A DNA stretch of 64,000 bases, taken from positions 6,758,001 through 6,822,000 of the forward strand of contig OX597818.1 in the NCBI GenBank assembly GCA_951406725.2, read 5' to 3'. A program made the translations under genes and the position numbers. The DNA comes from Octopus vulgaris (lineage: Eukaryota). Every line of letters begins with the position of its first letter. Positions within the stretch are counted from its first letter, which is position 1. Below the pieces are notes generated by a model. That model was not told the origin of the DNA. It did no database searches and saw nothing but the letters and a program-made list of their open reading frames with translations. Below are positions 11,763-27,449 of this stretch, piece after piece.

Positions 11763-14700
11763 TATTTACATTTATATTTACTAATTATTATCAGCTGAAG
11801 GAATTGTGTGATCCGATTTTTACCTTCCATTCAACTACTATTGTATTTCTTTCTAATTTTCGTATTCTTTTAGTATAACACTATTAACAAAGATTGATGA
11901 AATCATGAAATTGTAACAATTACATTGATCATATTATCTTTAATATTTGTCGTGCATAATATATGAATAGTTGTTTCATTCGTTCCATCATTAAGATTTC
12001 AATCTTGTCCCATTCTACAAATATTGAAGATCTTCCCGATTATGATTAAGGTGATTGTAATAATTTTCACTATATCATAAATTGCTTTTCTTGGTATTCT
12101 TGTCATTTGTTAACTTCACACCAAGAAAGGATGTAATAAATGTGAATAAATGTTGAAGAGGTCGTCAAATATAGTTATTTATGCACTGAATACAAAAAAT
12201 TTTAAATAGATATAAGGACTTTTTTTCCTACAAGGTGAAACTCCCACTCGCTTATAATGCAATCGATGAAGCGTTAATAACGAGCCCGGCTATAACATAG
12301 TGACAAGAGCCACAAATATTTGAAATGAGCAAAGAGAGCAGGAAAAGGGTTATTGATATTTCATACTTTTCATTATTTACATTTCAATAATAATCAATTA
12401 AGCATATTGATATCAGATCATTTCAATTGACGAGAGCACTAAAATTAACGCAGTCCATATAAATGAGTATTGCCAACTGATATTTAATTAATGCTATATG
12501 TGAAGTTGCAATGATTTTTGTTTCGTTTTTAAAGCGCCAGAGAAAAAAAAAAAACACTACATTAGCACTGGCTGGAGCATCTGGAAGCATCATCAATTTT
12601 GTCTTGTTCATACCCGTGGATGAGAGTGTATGTTTCTAGAATATCGCGGTACAGGATTCAAGACTGTTGATATATCCATGAATTACATCAGTAGACATTG
12701 AATTCGAAGTTCAGCTATTGAATTCGAAGTTTCGATCTCACTTCTTGTAACATTATCGAAAATAGTTGTTTTATTCCGTCATTATTCTTTATTACAATGC
12801 ATTTAAAACACACACACACACACACACATGCGCACGCACACACACACACATACGCACGCACACACACACACACACACACACAAATGAACAAACATACACC
12901 ATCACGTACTCACACGCATTTATCCACATAAACTTTCATGTTTTGGAATTCATGAGTGTGTATGTCTGTGTATGTGTGAATGAGTGTGCGTTTGTGTGTG
13001 TGTGTGTTTGTTACGCTTACAACACACGTTTACTAACTAATACCCCTGTTGTATTCTTTACTTTATTGCCCAAAGTAAAGTAAACACAATTCAAAAATTT
13101 TCCTGTTCATCACAAAATTAATTAAAAGGTCTTGGTTGAAATCCCTGACTGAGCAAAAACAAATAAAGCAGCTTCTGTTCAAATATTGCAGCTACAAAGT
13201 GCTACGAAGGAAATTAAATCTCAACATGTTTAGTGTAGTAAGATATCGAATCTTAGGCATGCTCGTTTTTGCAAGAGCTTCATGCACACACACATACGCA
13301 GTCTGTATTTGTCTGATTACTTTCCACCCTAATCCAATTCCTTAATTCCACAATTCCCGGTTTTGGTTTGTTTTATGTTGTTTTCATTTTAAATCTGTTC
13401 GTATATTTCCAATTTGCCAGTAGAACTTTCTCGTCGAAAAACAAAATTAAAAGAATTGCAATAAAAAATATAATCCACTTTTTTTCATGCTTTTCTTTTT
13501 TGTTAATAGAGTTCCTCAATCTATAAATGGTTTTCTGCTATTTTCAGCAGTCCAAAACAAATTAAAACAATATGTAATGGAAATGCTTAGAAAATTAATT
13601 TTATTGCTAGTTCCTTGTAGATTTAATCTCTGCTTGGGGAAATTCCTGAGGATAATAAATGTTTTTATCGTAATATTATTTTGTTTATTTGCAAATCATA
13701 TTGTTATTTACTTGTTACTTATTTGTTTCAGGTTTTAAAGTGTTTATACTCTATGTTCTCTTGTTATCTCAGTTAAAATGTTGAATGCGATGATTCCAAT
13801 GCAGAATTTAAAAATTCAAATATTGATCTCTATGGCTAATGTCTTCCTTCGGCGCCATAAAATTTAAAATACGAATAACTATGTTATTGCTTAGAAAATG
13901 TAGGGATCACTAAGTTTTTATTGTAATGTCTTTCTATGAGTAATGTTCCTGAGAGCATGAATTTATGTAACATAAGAGTAACTGTATACTGTATACTTAG
14001 ACCATCAAAAGTTTAAAAATAAATCAGACATGGGTTTGAGAATATCCATTTTTAAATTACTAAAAGGAGTCCAATTCCTTCCTCGACCCACAAAAATGAT
14101 CTCATTAAATGAACAGTTAACCATGTGGGGGTAAAGTATAAAATCAGTAATAGCAACAACTGTCGTAATCTAAGCGGAACTGCTTCCCTGAATAGTGTGT
14201 CAGTTTATTATTTTCTTGTATTCAAATTAAATGAGCACAAAATTAGTCTTTGTTTCAGTGACCACACACTTTCAGTGAAGAATGCTCTAGAAAAGGACTA
14301 TGTAAAAATTAATTTCGCTCGTGAATTTCTACCTATAAACGTATGACAATTCAAGTAGCTCCTTCCGTAGTAGATCGGAAATTCTGTCTCCCGCAATAAA
14401 CTTTTTGCTTCTTAGTTTGCATAACGGTAGGTCGGAAACAAATTCTTCAATTCAGGTTATACTCTGCTCCGTAAAACTGTCGCTTTCTATCTGTCTTCTG
14501 TCTGCATATGTACATCAATTCTCATAACATGAGAGTGTGATTAAGATGTGTAGACCCAAATGAGCTGTCATCGCGTGACACTCGGTTCAACAATGATTTG
14601 TGATGCTTTATGTATATAATGAACCTCACTTTAAGTATGTCGCTGCCAAGAAGTGTATGATATGGTGATATCACTATGTGGGGGTCTTCTGCATTGTATT

Positions 14701-16699
14701 CTATAACTGCACATTACTAACAGCATGATGAATTCAATGCAGTGTTTGCACACCATTGTTGCTGAAGTTGGTCCGATAAAGTTCAGCTCGCATTGAGCAA
14801 GGTTACGGCGATATGCATTCTAGCTAGGAACATTGTTGCTTACAGTATATTTTATCTCTCCTTCCGTTTTCAGATAAGTTATATTTTGAGTGATATATAA
14901 TTGTTATTCCTAGTAAGACAGGCATTGATTCTGTCTCTGCCTTGTTTTTTTATTTACTTGGCATATCTCCTGTGTTTTGTGAATGTTCTGGGTTTCTTAA
15001 ATTTAACTGCTAATCTTCTTATGTGTATATGCGCTTATGTGAGTGTGTACATGTTTCTTTCTGTATATGTATGTCTGTATGTGTATATGTGTGTGTGTAC
15101 GTGTGAGTGTGTGTCTGTGTATGTGAATGTACGTGTATGTGTATTGAACAGTGACACCATAGGTTGTATATGAAATTCTCTATAATGTTGTTTAAGAAAG
15201 AAGCGAGTGGAAACGGTATCTGGTATTTTAAAAGGGTTGGTTTGGAATCAGAATTTATTTTATGTTGGTTTGATCACTGTACCTGAAAAATGTTTTGAGA
15301 ATGTGAGTTTTGACGTCTTCTGGGTATCGTGCTTTGCATTATTAAGAGTACAAACACGGACAAGTAAAGGCTTTCAAATTAAGTTAGCCAAGAAAACTCA
15401 ACCACAAACGACATGGCTGCAAACGATAAAATCACCCTCACCAGAAAAAAAGGGAAGCAAATACCTAGAAATGTAAAGAAATCTTTTCAGTCGTCGCTAT
15501 AGAGGAATCACAATTTTAGAATCCAATATATTATTCAGTTTTATAAACCTCTAATTCATGGCCTAATTAACTGCTATAAAATGGTAAAGACAATCTTTTT
15601 GTTGGATATATGAAAAGAGTAATTATTTTTTCTGTGATTAACTACATCCAAAATTAAATTATCCTCCGGCAAATTAAGTACGTCTATAAACGAAATTTGA
15701 TGAACACAAAAGAAAAGTCGTTTGTGGCCATTTTTCCCGAAAACTGGCGAGTCAAATTTTATTATCGAAAATGTAGTAATATGCAAATAAAATCACATAG
15801 ACATTGTTCAATATCAAGCAGGAATTCAATAACAAACGAAACCATAACTATTACTATGTTGTCTAACAATCAGGCTGGCGCGAAACCGCTAGTTACCAAC
15901 AGCATGAAATCAGAAAACCAAACAAATGAACTAGTTCCAACAATGTATAACCAAATTGGAGAGCATATTATAAGTGTAGCAAACCCTCCTTTTGACAAAT
16001 ACTTAAGTACACGCCCTCTAGGGCGTTACAGAAATACGAATTACTCTATCGGAAATTTATAAAATGAGTAAAGGATCGTTGATATACGGAGGAGTGTCAG
16101 ATATGTGAGGTTTCTTACCACATGCAAAGGGACAATAACTACACTCATAAACACAGTAGCAACATTAGAAAGCAAGGAAAATAAAATCCCGTCTACGGAT
16201 TAATGAGTCTGAAATAGAAAATAAGAGCTGTAAGTTAAAATGTTAATTTAACCGAAACCTATCGGTAGTATGCATAGATAGAAGACAATCAATGGATAAT
16301 GCAGAATTTTGCCGAGAAGATTACATAGTCTTTCTGGGGCAAAATCAACGAGCTATAGAAATGCAGCGCACAGAGAAGAAATATCAAAAATAGTGTTGCA
16401 TATTATAATAATAGCATACTGTATCGGTGGTGAGGTCATGAAACAAAGACTACAAGGAAAAAAGAAAAAAAAGACACTGGTATATAGAAATGACCTTCTG
16501 TTGGAGGCGATATTTACCTTTACCGACAAGTTCTAAATAGAGATATAAAAGTAACAAGACAGCTGACGCTAGCTGAAACAAAACTGCAATTCAAAACCAG
16601 TGCTGTACATCCCGTAGAAAGAAAGCTTACAAGTCAATTCCATACTCGAATATCTTTATAAATTGTATGTAACCTATCTTAGTATATTCTTCAACAGCT

Positions 16700-18200
16700 C
16701 AGGGGTATTGATAATGTCTCCATTAAACAAATAGCTAGGAAAGCAGTTTGGTTTTGTTTCGAAAATCTTTGATTAGCAACCTGTAATGTCAAATATACAG
16801 TAGCATACGTCACAGTTCTATCGGGATGCAAGAATTTATTCGATTTTGTTTCCCACCCGTGCATGCTAGAGTAACTTTGATTTGTTAAAATTCAGCATGT
16901 CAATATCAAAGCCACCGGAACCTCTTAAATACAGGAACTGGTTCTATTATTGTTATTGTTAGAATGCAATATCGGAGAGGTGTAATTCAAGGAGACAAAC
17001 CCTCTGTTTACTGATTACGCTTTCAGTAAATCCCCTATCATTTTCGTTAAGATCATCTCGGGAGCACGCATCTGGTTTACAGGAAAACTGTAACATCAAC
17101 CTAACACATTGTGTTTTTTTTTCATTTTCTTTCTTTTTTTGTAACATCTGACAATGTGTGCCAGTGTAGGAAAAATATGAAGAAAAAAGTAAAGCGTAGA
17201 ACTAATTATACAACATCGAAAGATATGGGAATGTATTTAGCAAAGATTAATGTCGTTACATAGTCGTAAAACGAGAGGGAATTATAAAGGAGTCTTACAA
17301 TATATCTACCAAATTTTCCTCTATTTCTCTGATATCGGATGAGGAATGAAAGAGGGATCTCCGGGTGGATGAACATATTGTATGATACAACCTGTAACAA
17401 GAGCAGGAAATCAGTGAATATATCACCAGAATAAAGGAAATATAGCTCGCGGAATTTTCAGCATACTATAAATTAATACACTTTAATGTGTTTGCTGAAT
17501 ACTTACACTCCGGTTATTTGATTGGATAATCCATACGATTTGAACTCATGATGTTAAAGATCGAAAATCATTTACTCATACTCGAAATTTCCACATTGAC
17601 TTAAAATACATACGGGGCAGCAGATGTTGGACATGAACATAGACAGTCTTTCAATGTATCATCATATCCCTTGAATAAATTCTACTTGCTACCAAAAGAC
17701 AAAGTCCAGCTATAGATCATGTCTGCATACATAAGATCAAGAAGACAATTATGAAAGGACGTCTTAATCAGCACCCACTGACCGATAACCAGGAATGTAT
17801 ATCCAAAGAATGTGTACAATTCTACCAGAATTATCATCAGAACAGTTACTGCCTTTCATATCAGCAAAAAATTAATGCATGGCTATATTCCTAGAAAGAT
17901 TTAAAGTGACAGCAGCATTGATACATGAAGTAGTCTTTCGCGGAGTAACAATAAGAATATCAGTTCTCATTTTGGAGGATATTCTTTAACAATGTAGGTG
18001 TAGGAAATAACAACAAATCTCATGATGTCCATAAGTATAGGAATGCATCTCAACAACTTAAATGCGACAATCATTGCAAATTGTGGAACTGACACTGAGG
18101 ATGTCATCCATATCACAAGTGGCTGTCCGAAATATCATCATGTATGAGACATGAAGTTATAGTGAAATGATTATATAGAGAAAACTGTAGAAGGGGTAAT
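16700..18200. mobile_element. Heavily decayed, scrambled RLE-type LINE remnants
   Basis: YRRGVIQGD near 16970 (+), and a frameshifted CCHC-knuckle-like HCKLC..EDVIHITSGCPK..RH near 18070-18155 (+). Confidence 0.45.
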
Positions 18201-20415
18201 TCTATAACATGTGTGCATGAATGTTTATGTGTATTTATGTATGCATGTATATGCCTATATATGAAATTATTATGATATGGGGATAGGCACAATTGTATAA
18301 TATGAAGAATTACAAGATAGCATAATATTAAACATTAATACCAAACTGGTGCGAAATTTGCATTGATTCCGACTGGAATATGTATTGAGTTTTTTACCGA
18401 TACTTATTTTTCTCTTAAATACGTGACTATTCAGTATCAATCTTGATAAACTGTTTTTCGCAGAATGAGAAAGAACACGATGTATTAGGAGGATACTGTA
18501 ACTTGCTGTCGAATACATTATCAAAATAGGTGAAATATCCACAATTTTTATATGTAGTAAGAGTCACATATTGGATAACATACTTGCCTGTACAACATGA
18601 GTATGCATGCATATACATATGTTTATGCATAAATGTGTGCATGCAACCATACATAAATACATACACGTTTATAAAGAAAGTGCTGCCTATGTTTCAATAA
18701 AATGCCTCCTATCTAGACAACTAGGTTAGAAATCCCTTTCTCCATTGGTGATATGTTCGGCTAACAAAGGAGGAAAATAAACAAAACAACATACATGCAT
18801 ACATAAATACATACATACATGTATACATACATGCATGCATGTATGCGTGCACACATGCATACATACATACGTACGTACGTTCTTACGTACGCAGGCACAT
18901 ATAAACGTGCATATGCTATATTTGCACACAGGACAAAACATTTTCTTTACAGACGAATTTGTATGAGTCACAATTTATAATTATTTAGCGAAATATACAT
19001 ATAATTAGAGTGTTATTTGCCTGGTAACAATTAGTCGAACCTATACATGACATAAGTCACACGAGCTGAAACTTAAATCTTGTTAATAAAACTATATTGA
19101 TACGGGTTCTGTTTTTGACCTCGGTGAAGCACATAAGGTTAAGTTTCTACATTGGAGTACACGTATATTTAATGTAGGTATTTCTCTGTAGATATGTTAT
19201 CTAAGGTTAAATTAAAAGTGATTGAAACCGTTCGGAATAACGCATTTTTCTCTATTCCTGTCGGAGAAAATAAATTACTCTTTTGTTTATCAGGATACAG
19301 TAATGACATTCATTTTGCTTTAGCGGTCATTGTAATTACTTACGAGGAATTTTGATTATAATTCCACATAGCTGTAACATCTCTATATTAAATTGAACAA
19401 CTGAGACTTCCTCGTTGTCAATCAACCTGCAAGAAATAACAAACTAATTTCCTTCACTCTAATTTAAGTGCTTGAAAAATGAAATGCATATATATGTCAT
19501 TGTGACCTAAGATACGATATATTTCTGATAAGGGACATATATAACGCATTTTATCAAACATTCTTTCAGTTAGAGCTATTCTGGAGTGAAGCCAAGAGTT
19601 GTATCACATATTAGGTTTAATCCCCTATAGAAAAATATGACTCTGCTTCTACTTTTATTTAAATTAATGATACCTTGACCTATTGCACACTCTCATTCAT
19701 ATAGCATATTAACATGTGACCATATGTCACACAATAAAGTGTTATCAACTTCGTGTGGATTAATGCGGGGGAAGAGAGGCAGAAATGTTAAATCGAGAGA
19801 ATAAACGATTTTGTGCAATTTGTTCCGATTAGCCATTCTGCAGTGAAATAAGCTTGGATGTGGAACAACTTTCATTCTGAGAGAATAGATAATATAATAA
19901 TCAGCAATATATGGTGCGAAATTCAATCAACTATTTGTATCCTTTCCAATGCAAATAAATATTAGTATATATTGATGTTTAAGGTAGCAAGACATATCGT
20001 TTTAATTTCTCTTTTCCTAGAATGAATGTGACGTATTCAATTCCTCTGACCGATTTTAGATAATGCAACATTATACCTAAAAATTACTCTCAGTAATGCA
20101 AATATGGGCAAATTTATATATATAAATCATATATATTATATGAAAAGGGATTTGTAAAATGCAGGTGGTTACCTCAGTCAGTACTCGTGCAGACACTGCA
20201 TAACAAGACCGGTGGAAGGAAACCTAAAAGGAGAAAATGATCGAGGCAAACAAAAAATCCAAAAAATATCTTTGTCAATCACAGAGCATACCATAAGTAA
20301 AAGAATGAAGAATGGGGTTATTGGTTTCACACTGTTTGTAATAATATATAAGTCATATAAATCGCATAACGTGAATATTATGATTACATATATAAACTAA
20401 TGATTTGCGCATACA

Positions 20416-20452
<37 letters not shown>

Positions 20453-22419
20453 GCACACACACACCTATATGTATTCTTTTCATGCATACGTAAATCCATA
20501 TATTGCATGTAGCTTTATTTAAAGTTGGTGCGATTACATTCTTCACGCTTGATTAAAAAACTTTCATACTTAAATTTTAATGACAATGTTTTTGCTTCAA
20601 TTCAGGCGTAGTGTATATCTTCTTACTGATTTCTCATATGGGGATGTTTTGATAACGAATGGTCTATTGGTTATGTATTAATGTGATCATTTTGACAGCG
20701 ACGTTAGTATGGCAATCCAGTAACTATAACTTGATTGTTAAACTACCATACGAGAAAAGGATTCACATAATCGATTGTGTGTCACTTGTTGGCATTGATC
20801 AATAACATCAGTATCGAATTTTTAGATACATTTGTAGCACATATTTTAAGTAACTGCGGCTGATAGTGTAATCGGTAAAAAGCATAAATCTTCATTTTCA
20901 TGTAAAGATTACTTCTGGAGTGATAATATACAGGCGTAAATATCTGTTATTTACCAGTCAGAAAATACATTTTCTGGTTGGCCAGAAAAATAACATGAAA
21001 TGTTGATACACATCTTTGCAACTATGTTATGCTGTTTGTTGAAACCATAAAATATTTGGAAATCTTGAAATAAATCCACATCTTTTTTCACATTTTTGTC
21101 ATTGGTTTCCAATGTACAAGACATTCAAGTGTTATTCCAATATACATAGGTCAACAGTTTAACTTACAAATCTTTGTATAACAATCTGCCGTTTTATTTT
21201 TTTCATTCAGTCTATATCCAATTCCCGATATAAATGATAAAAAATAAATATAAACTTTAATGATTTACTAACGGGGATATTTGATGTTTATTTGCTGTAG
21301 TGATGCATCTTTATGCCCTAGATTCATTTCATTTCGTCCATCTCGGTTACAATCATCACATTCCACTTGTCAAATACAAGTATTATACTCATACTTGTTA
21401 ATTCATACACGTAAACGTTCTCAAACAACACAAACTTTGAAAATGTGTATAAACACTGTTTACGAGTTTATACACAGATTCAATGTTTCTTGAGTCTTAT
21501 TTACATTCGTTTTCGTTAGTTTTATTTATTCGATCATTTATAGTTTCCAGGTAGTCATAAGCTTACTGATATTATCTCAATATACTAGAAAATGTTTGAT
21601 TTATTTTACTCTACGGATTCACTGTTTGCATTAAACTGCCTTTAACTTACAAGAAATCTACTGAAGTATTTTTAAGAAGGATTTTCACATGTAGATCTAA
21701 ATTCTATTAGAAAACTATAATTATATGTAATCACAAAAATAATCAATGTCAAAGATAAAAAAAAACAAACGTCAGTAACGCTGATTTTTCATTCGCCATT
21801 CGGAAAAAATATCTGATGGAGAGGTTATATTTTAATTCAAATTTTGCCATAAGATTTCGAAATCAAAAGAGAAAAACTAGTACAGCAAAATAACGGTATT
21901 AGTATACGAATATTAATGGATCGATCTACTTTTTTGTGACATAGATATGAAAGAGCTGCCTGGAGAATCTTTTCTATGAGTGTTGGTTTAATAAAGATAA
22001 TGTTATATTCAGACGATGGCTATAGGTAAAAATATTTATAACAGTCTGCACTCATGAAAAGATATGCAAATGTCAAGTGGTGTTGATGAGTATGCAACGG
22101 AGTAAATCTAAAATGCAAGAATTAGAGGGGTAGTTGTTTCTAATCTTCACACAGTTTCTATCTAACAAACTTCAATCAGAAGATTATGACGAAACTGAGT
22201 AAATTGCGGAAAGGATGTCGCAGAGTGTGACTCAGTGGCTTCGAAGCATAAATCACGTGCTTGCGAAGTGAAATTCTTTATCATGCCAACATGATATTAG
22301 AAATACTAGGTAAATATCACTCAAACGATAACCTTGGGAAGGGGTTGCATAAATGTGTATACCAAATGGGCAATATTATTTACTTAGGGATAATTTTTAT
22401 TATTAGTTTCAATTTATAT

Positions 22420-25400
22420 TAGTACAAAACTTCAATAATTTTTAGTCTCTCATCCAAAGTGTTCATAAAAGATTGCAACTCTGTAGCGCTTACATATTTT
22501 CCAATGTAAATATTGTCCTAAGGCGGTTTTTATATTCACTTCGCGTTAGCACAGGACTGCCCGAAAATTTGTTTCATCAAATGTGTTGCAGTCTCTGCAT
22601 TTTGGGTGAAGACCTTTTTACTGAGCATTAGCCGGTAATTTCTGGTAAACAAGATTGGATCAGTATGAAGCCTTCAATCTCTGCCTTTAATACGGAACTT
22701 TTCAGCCACTAGTAGGATGTTGTTTGGTCTAATTTGCATTTTGAATTCGAAGAATACATTTTCCACGCAGGGATTTCTGGCTCCACCGTTCCTCAATTTG
22801 TATTTACTCGTTCTTTTTAGCAATATTTTTAATTCGCTTTTCTGCTTTCAAGACATTTTGCTGCTTTCAAGTTCACACGCAAGCCCCAGCATCCAGCCTT
22901 CTATACTAGGTAAGTGCCTGTTTATTCTTATAGTGGATGTTTTATAGCAGACTTCTCATTATATCATTTCTCTTCCCCCACTGCTTCTATGTATTTACTG
23001 CCAGTAAGGATCTGCCTTAGGGTGGTGCTACTTATTAGATTTCAATGATATTCTTGCCTTCCCGCCCATTCGTTGAAGTTCCATCGTATTCCAGTTAATG
23101 GCATTAAAATTGCACTGAACTATTGAAAGTGTTATGGTTTTGATAGATTCAAGTTCAATCTTCAGTACAAGTGTTTTCCTTCATAGTATTTTCCTTCATA
23201 GTAACATGACTTACGCCATCTCATTCTTTTATTACTAGGTATTTATAAGATTCTTGTTGGCCAAGTTCCTTGGTGATAGAGGTGATATCTAATGGATGCT
23301 GTTGTTCTGAGACAGTTTTCAAAGATTTACCAAGAACTAGACGGTCTGCTCACAACTGTTAAAGAGTTTAGCAATGATTTCAGTATTGATTCTGGCCTCG
23401 ATAAGTATGCTGAAGCAACTCTTATAAGATGCTATCTCAGACCAACAGCGTCCATTAAATTAGATATCACTTCTACCACCAAGGAACTTGGCCAACAAAA
23501 ATCTTATAAATACCTGGTAATAAAAGGAGATGGCGTAAGCCATGTCACTATGAAGGAAAATATAAGAGCACTATAGGAGAATAAGACTTATACTGAAGAT
23601 TAAACTTAACTATAAAAATGGAATCTATGAAAACCATAACACTTTCAATAGTTCAGTGCAATTTTAATGTCATTAACTGGAATACGATGGAACTTTAATG
23701 AATGGGCGGGAAGGCAAGAATATCATTGAAATCTAATAAGTAGCACCACCCTAAGGCAGATCCTTACTGGTAGTAAATACATAAAAGCAGTGGGGGAAGG
23801 GAAATGATATAATGAGAAGTCTGCTATAAAACATCCACTATAAGAATGAGCAGGCACTTATCTAGTATAGAAGGCTGGATGCTGAGGCTTGCGTGTGAAC
23901 TTGAAAGCAGCAAAATGTCGTATTCTATAATCATGGAAAATTGTAAGTTCGCAAGGTAACCGAATTAGGTGAAAAACTGTTTCAGATCGTTCACGTAAGG
24001 CAGAAAGTTTTTTCTGTTGTTAAAAATTTTATACTCATATCTGGTGTTATTCCAGTCATTAGTCATTGGGATCAGTGCCATATAAAAAAGTTATGGAGAA
24101 ACGTAGTTATATTGAAATGTGCCTCGTTTGTTGTTGATGCTGTTGGATTGGCTCATCCCTTTACAATAGTTTAGAAAGAGATGTGTTCCATTTGGCCATG
24201 CTAATTTGTAAGAATTTGGAGGTGACTGTAGAGGCCTTGCATATCTCAAGGACTTTGAATACCCATTTATGTGGGACACTATCAATCACTTTCCTGTATT
24301 CTACCCATGCCACACTCAGGTTCTTGTCTTTGCTCCGACAATTCTCTAAAATCATTCCATTTGTGAGCAATTTGTCTTTGCTCCCATTGGAGTATTTTTC
24401 TCATAGAATATATTTCTTTTGAAAGAGAGCACATGTTCCTTCAGCTATTATAGATCTTTTACGAGAAAACATTGGTCGGTAATTATTCACGTTCATTGTA
24501 TCATCAGTTTTTTGTTAGTAAGTAGGTAACTCCTTCAATCAGCCAACTAGATATTTTCTCTGGGTTCTGAATGATATCAGTGAAGAGATACAGTTAAATT
24601 TTCGTATACTTCTGTCAAACAATTCAGCCAGATATTAGGGATCCAGTCTACTTCTTGGGTTCTTTCATTTATCCGACTTTTTAGTCCCTATTGCTTCTCA
24701 CAACGGTTCTTCAATTTCATTCAGTCTCTCTTATACGTTCCAAGTTGCTGAGTTTTTAACTCCATACGCTGTTTCAAAGAGTTCCTCAGTCGCAAGGAAG
24801 TTTATAAGATCGTTGATTTTATAGGTTTCTTTCATTTTTCTAGCTTTTTCTGTTTTGATATTTGCTCCACTAGCAAGTTCATCAAGAATTGATACGTCTA
24901 CACTCAGAATTTCAATGTCTTTTCGTACTTTTACTTTTCACTTAGGAAGCTTATTGGCATGATAAGATTACTTAATGTTGTTAGATGATTACCTTTATAT
25001 CTTAAGATCTGTCTTAGAACAACGTTAAAGGTCCTGATTTTGTTGTTAATTATTTGGGCAGTTTGTATACTTTGGTAGTGCTTCACTACTAACCATGTCA
25101 GTAAACTTAATCTTGCTAAATTCTCTCATAAGGCTTTCTTTTGCTTCTGAAATCTTTTCTCTATTATTTACTTCAAATTCTGTGTCGTATCTATTTTGAT
25201 GTTGTGCAGGGAGATCTACTTTATTCTCTTTTACCAATTCTTTGTTCACCTTCGTCGTGGTTCAGTGTTACTTCACTTACAATAGGTTCTGTGTTTCTGC
25301 TACCTATTTCATCTATAAGGTTGTTGCTTTCATTCCCTCGACTATGAGATATTTGTGTCTTAGTTTCGTTAATTTCAGCGTCAGTTAGTCTTTTGTTCTT

Positions 25401-25510
25401 AATTATAAGTCTGCGTACGCTAGTTAATTTATTTGAATTTATATAGCTTTATACTTCATTATCTACTACATTTCTCCATGAGGTGTATGTTTGTACAATG
25501 GTATTATTTT
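22420..25510 (-). mobile_element. Decayed R4/Dong-like LINE with internal inversion-duplication
   Basis: KNLSVAWVEYRKVIDSVPHKW (ORF 24161-24370 -), YVNDLKQFS near 23975, and inverted QELDGLLTTVKEFSND...KSYKYL (ORF 23292 +). Homologous to 58893-60722. Confidence 0.8.
22852..23919. repeat. Inverted repeat, ~460-bp arms (22852-23311 and 23436-23919)
   Basis: Arms are reverse complements with scattered transitions and a few indels; spacer about 125 bp. Confidence 0.9.
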
Positions 25511-26309
25511 GATTTAGTTGGGGTATGTAAAAGACTTTCGAACAACAAGAGAAAAAGCAGCAGGAGAGATCCACCCAATAACATCAACAGCGACACCAGT
25601 ACCACACAATAACATCACCTGCACCATCGTAACGGCCAGAGTTTTCAGGCTCACCTGCCAACCTAACCACCAACTTAGAAATCTGCGATTGTACAAACAT
25701 ACCTCTCCCTCCTCCCACAGATTTCTCCAACCGTGAAAATAGCCTCTGGGGAGGAAAATAGTTACGGAATGCCACCAGAATAGATCCTGGTGAAAGAAAG
25801 AAAAACACATCATAAAATGAAGAGCGCCGTACGAGACTGTAAACGAAAATGTTTAGCGGAAGAGAAACAGAAACAAACAACCCTTCACATACCCGCACAA
25901 TATACCAATGTAATTACAAAAGTCTCCAACACTACAAACACCACCAACATTACAAGCATGTCAACAAACTAAAATACATAGCAATTCAGACCAACAGCAT
26001 GAACAGCAGTCCCAAGGCGTCATCAATTACACTGCGATAGTCACAAATATAAAGAACTTCATAAAATATATTCAAAACAATTCAGACATTACTCGAAGTG
26101 AATAGATCGAACCCTCCCATCACACATCAATTCATATAAAAATTATAAAAACAGCGCAAGAATCATACCCCAAACTGAAAGCAAAACATCCTGGAGGCAT
26201 GTGAGATTTTTGTGGAACCAGAAAGAAAAGATTCTACAAAGAAATGCTTGTGGATTCACCAACAAATAACCAGATGGACAGACACCTGTCTCTCCGCAGA
26301 AATAGGGTT

Positions 26310-26900
26310 AATGACTCTCTTTATTTTCTAGTCTTACAAACATAACCTTGTTCAGGAGAGGCTGTATAAATACATCCGGACTAATGTTGCCTTGGAAACT
26401 GGTCCACCTATTTAATGACCACAGGCCTCTAGGCCTAGATGTCGGGGCTATCAGTGAGACCAGACTTTCCAATCAACAAGCTTTCATTCCCGTTTTTGGT
26501 AGATACGAGATCTGCTTATCACCATGTTAATGAGGAATGGAGGATGTAAATGCGGATCTCAAGTTAAAGGTCATCTTTCTGGATCCAGTAGGCAAGTTGG
26601 TGCTCTTGTAAGTGAATAGTGGCGACTGAGGTACTTTCAGGCTGGTGGATGTCTATGTTCCAACAGAGACAGAACAGCCGGATTCTTCAGACGTCTGGCA
26701 GTTTTCCTAGGAACGTCTCTACCTTTAGTGCTATTGGGTGACTGAAATGACAACTTGGGCACGCATTTAGATTTGTGGGGCTAACTGTTACAAGAGGTGG
26801 GTGCAAAAGTCTCACAAATCTGCTCAGCCGTTTTCAACTGTCTGATAGGTACCGAATAGAGTTCCATAATATGCAAGTCTGGATATAGACGAACTAGAGA
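26310..26900 (+). pseudogene. Tx1/L1-type LINE AP-endonuclease remnant
   Basis: GCINTSGL...LDVGAISETRL (ORF 26348), then disrupted DPVGKLVLL..FRLVDVYVP..PLVLLGD*N. Confidence 0.7.
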
Positions 26901-27449
26901 ATTAGAGAATTAGTTAAACGGACGGTGAAAGGGGGCACTCATCAACAACAAATACTGGCTTGTCCTCAAAAGGACTATTACAGTAGAATCTATTAGGTTT
27001 CGTATGGCATGAGCGAATAGTTGGAAGCTTGACATTACAACCATCGTGCTCGCAGCAAGATTGGCCTGGACCAATTCTTAAACGATCAGAACAAAGGATG
27101 CATTTTCAGAGATGAAGTTCATGCACTAAGAAACGAGAGAATGCATGCCCCATCGATGGTCCCGAGTTACATTTTATTCACCCTACGCTTCATTGTATTA
27201 CAAGGTCTTACGCAGTCTTTTGTACCGCTTCAACCGCATCTGGCTTTCTTAAATAGTCTAATTAGTCTTTATGAAGAAAATCTATAATAACCATAATTAG
27301 CACTTACCATCACACTTTCCGGCTCATGTTCCTATTTCTAAAGCACACACTAGACTAACATGCCAATGCACACTTTTACCAATACCATTATATCTACGCA
27401 TATTACCTTACTGCATACTCTGGCGAGATGTTTAATGCTTTACTATCCT

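Noticed and set aside
11800-22400. Possible host-gene exons (e.g. ORF 15697-16062 and the region 14680-14880)
   Set aside because: No recognisable protein motif or consistent splice and frame pattern. Small exons cannot be excluded without RNA-seq.
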